Source: an uncultured delta proteobacterium (lineage in GTDB: Bacteria > Myxococcota_A > Polyangia > Polyangiales > Polyangiaceae). From it: a stretch of DNA of 64,000 nucleotides. How positions within the stretch are numbered: the first letter of the stretch is position 1; every line of letters begins with the position of its first letter. This document shows, in pieces, positions 62,779-64,000 of this stretch. Location of the stretch: assembly GCA_963806225.1 (NCBI GenBank), contig CAWDXG010000004.1:1568001-1632000 (forward strand), read 5' to 3'. A program made the translations under genes and the position numbers. Under the pieces are notes generated by a model. It saw only the letters and a program-made list of their open reading frames with translations, ran no database searches and had not been told where the DNA came from.

Positions 62779-63576
62779 TCAGTGCCGGTCCCGTCGTCGC
62801 AGGCCGTCGCTTGCACTTCCCCGGCGGCTCCGCTGGAACCCGAATGGCGCCTCCTGCGCGATCGGCGCGAACAGGCGATTGTGCTCGAAATCCAGGTAGA
62901 TCGCGGGCACCCCGCCCTGCTTTCTACGGTGCTGTCGGGCGTGCTCTTCTGACCAGAAGAGGACCGAGCGCTGTCAGAAATCGTGGGTGATGTCCCGGGC
63001 GCGCAGCCGCGTGAAGTCGACGAGCGGGATCTGGAAGACCGGAGCGGCGGAAGGATCGGCGAGCGTGTAGCGGAGATCGCTCTCCACGCGGAAGCGGAGC
63101 TCCCGCCCGCAGCAGGCGCACGAGGACTCCACCTCGAACGACAGCCGTTCGTCCTTGCGCAGTTGCCCTTGCACGAAGGGCGACGCTAGCGCGTCCGTCC
63201 CTCAGGCGGCGTACAGCCGCTCGCCCGTGCTGAACGTCAGCGGATACGGCGTCCGTTCCACCGTCACCGGATACGCCCACACAACGTCCCTGCCGTTCGG
63301 ACGATGGAGGAAGACGAGCCGCCGCTCGAGCGCGTGGAGCACCGACTCCACCTGTGCCAGCGGCATGCCCAGTCGCTCGGCCACGTGCTCCGGCGGCATG
63401 GGCCGCCCCAGCCGCGGCAGCTCCGTCACTACGAAGCGGTGCACGCGCCGGTCGGTCTCGTCGAGATCACCCAACCGCCGCGCGACCTTGCGCGCCGACA
63501 AGACGGCAGCCTGCCGGAACATGAACCACGGAACGGGAAACATGCGTCGCCCGAGACCCAACAGAACCGGCTTCAT
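62779..63576 (-). CDS. MerB (organomercurial lyase)-like protein with two in-frame UGA codons; candidate double selenoprotein, 265 aa
   Basis: ORFs 63202-63576 and 62974-63174 are in the same frame. Read-through gives wHTH..VWAYP..LYAA-U125-GTD128AL..SSCACCG..ITHDF-U201-QRSVLFWSEEHA.., with the next stop at 62779-62781. Confidence 0.8.
62935..62967 (-). promoter_or_regulatory. Candidate bacterial SECIS hairpin for UGA-201
   Basis: UCGG..CUCUUCU-GGUC-AGAAGAG..CCGA; a perfect 7-bp stem with a GGUC loop starting 20 nt after the UGA. Confidence 0.7.
63157..63192 (-). promoter_or_regulatory. Candidate bacterial SECIS hairpin for UGA-125
   Basis: GCGC(U)AG..GCCCUU-CGUGC-AAGGGC..CUGCGC; the loop starts 27 nt after the UGA and has GU at loop positions 2-3. 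Confidence 0.6.
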
Positions 63577-63638
63577 CGCCGGTCATCATGCGGCAATCCC
63601 GCCCGGGTGGGAAGCAATGGTTCGCGCCGCAGCCGCCG

Positions 63639-64000
63639 TCAGTGGTAGTGCCGCGGCCGCGATTCCTCGTGGCAGATCTCGTCCTGGTGGTGGGGGCAGG
63701 AGATGCGCACGTGGAAGTGGTCGTCGTGGATTTCGGCGTGCTCGGGTTGTTCGAGCAGCTTGAGCGCGTCGTCGACGTAGCGGCGAAAGCTCTTGTGGCG
63801 ACGCGCGTAGCGGATGAGTCGGAGCTTCAGCGGCGTGGAGATGAAGATGTGGGCGAGACCGGCGCGCTTGTCGCGCACCCAGTCCTGCAAGAGGAGCCAG
63901 TTCCTGTAGTCGTCGAAGACGAGCCCGCTGCCGTCTTTCGCCTTGCCCTCGCCGTCGAAGGCGACGAAGTGATCCGGCACGAATAGCTTGCCGTCCTTGT
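63639..64000 (-). CDS. MepA-like penicillin-insensitive murein endopeptidase, 3' part only
   Basis: HIFIS..HDDHFHVRISC; the start lies beyond the window. Confidence 0.7.
   Translation of the reverse strand, partial: KDGKLFVPDHFVAFDGEGKAKDGSGLVFDDYRNWLLLQDWVRDKRAGLAHIFISTPLKLRLIRYARRHKSFRRYVDDALKLLEQPEHAEIHDDHFHVRISCPHHQDEICHEESRPRHYH

Noticed and set aside
62779..63576. MerB-like locus as a nonsense pseudogene or as two small genes
   Set aside because: Both stops are TGA, both fall on catalytic Cys positions, both are followed by SECIS-like stems, and the frame is otherwise intact. Not fully excluded without reads and sel genes.

Overview
High-GC bacterial chromosomal window, most consistent with a myxobacterium (Myxococcota, probably Polyangiales). 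This is inferred from many lipoproteins with GGTAG-type linkers, Cys-rich secreted proteins and FHA/PP2C/Ser-Thr kinase genes. About 55 genes are present: metabolic and housekeeping genes (gcdH-like, rlmE, rplC, rplS, glgP, ppx, ROK kinase, arfB), an FHA-rich signalling/export cluster (8.1-17 kb), a complete second type II fatty-acid-synthase-like operon with its own acyltransferase and PPTase (50.6-57.5 kb), and a REP-like mosaic repeat (6.1-6.6 kb). Genes at about 1-15.5 kb and 47-50.3 kb carry many frameshifts that look like long-read indel errors. The best signal is at 62779-63576 (-). Two short ORFs plus an uncalled tail form one in-frame MerB (organomercurial-lyase)-like gene. Both catalytic cysteine positions are UGA codons, and each is followed by a SECIS-like hairpin. 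This is a candidate two-selenocysteine organometallic lyase outside any mer operon. No rRNA, tRNA, CRISPR or transposase was recognised. All family calls come from reading motifs, not from database searches.
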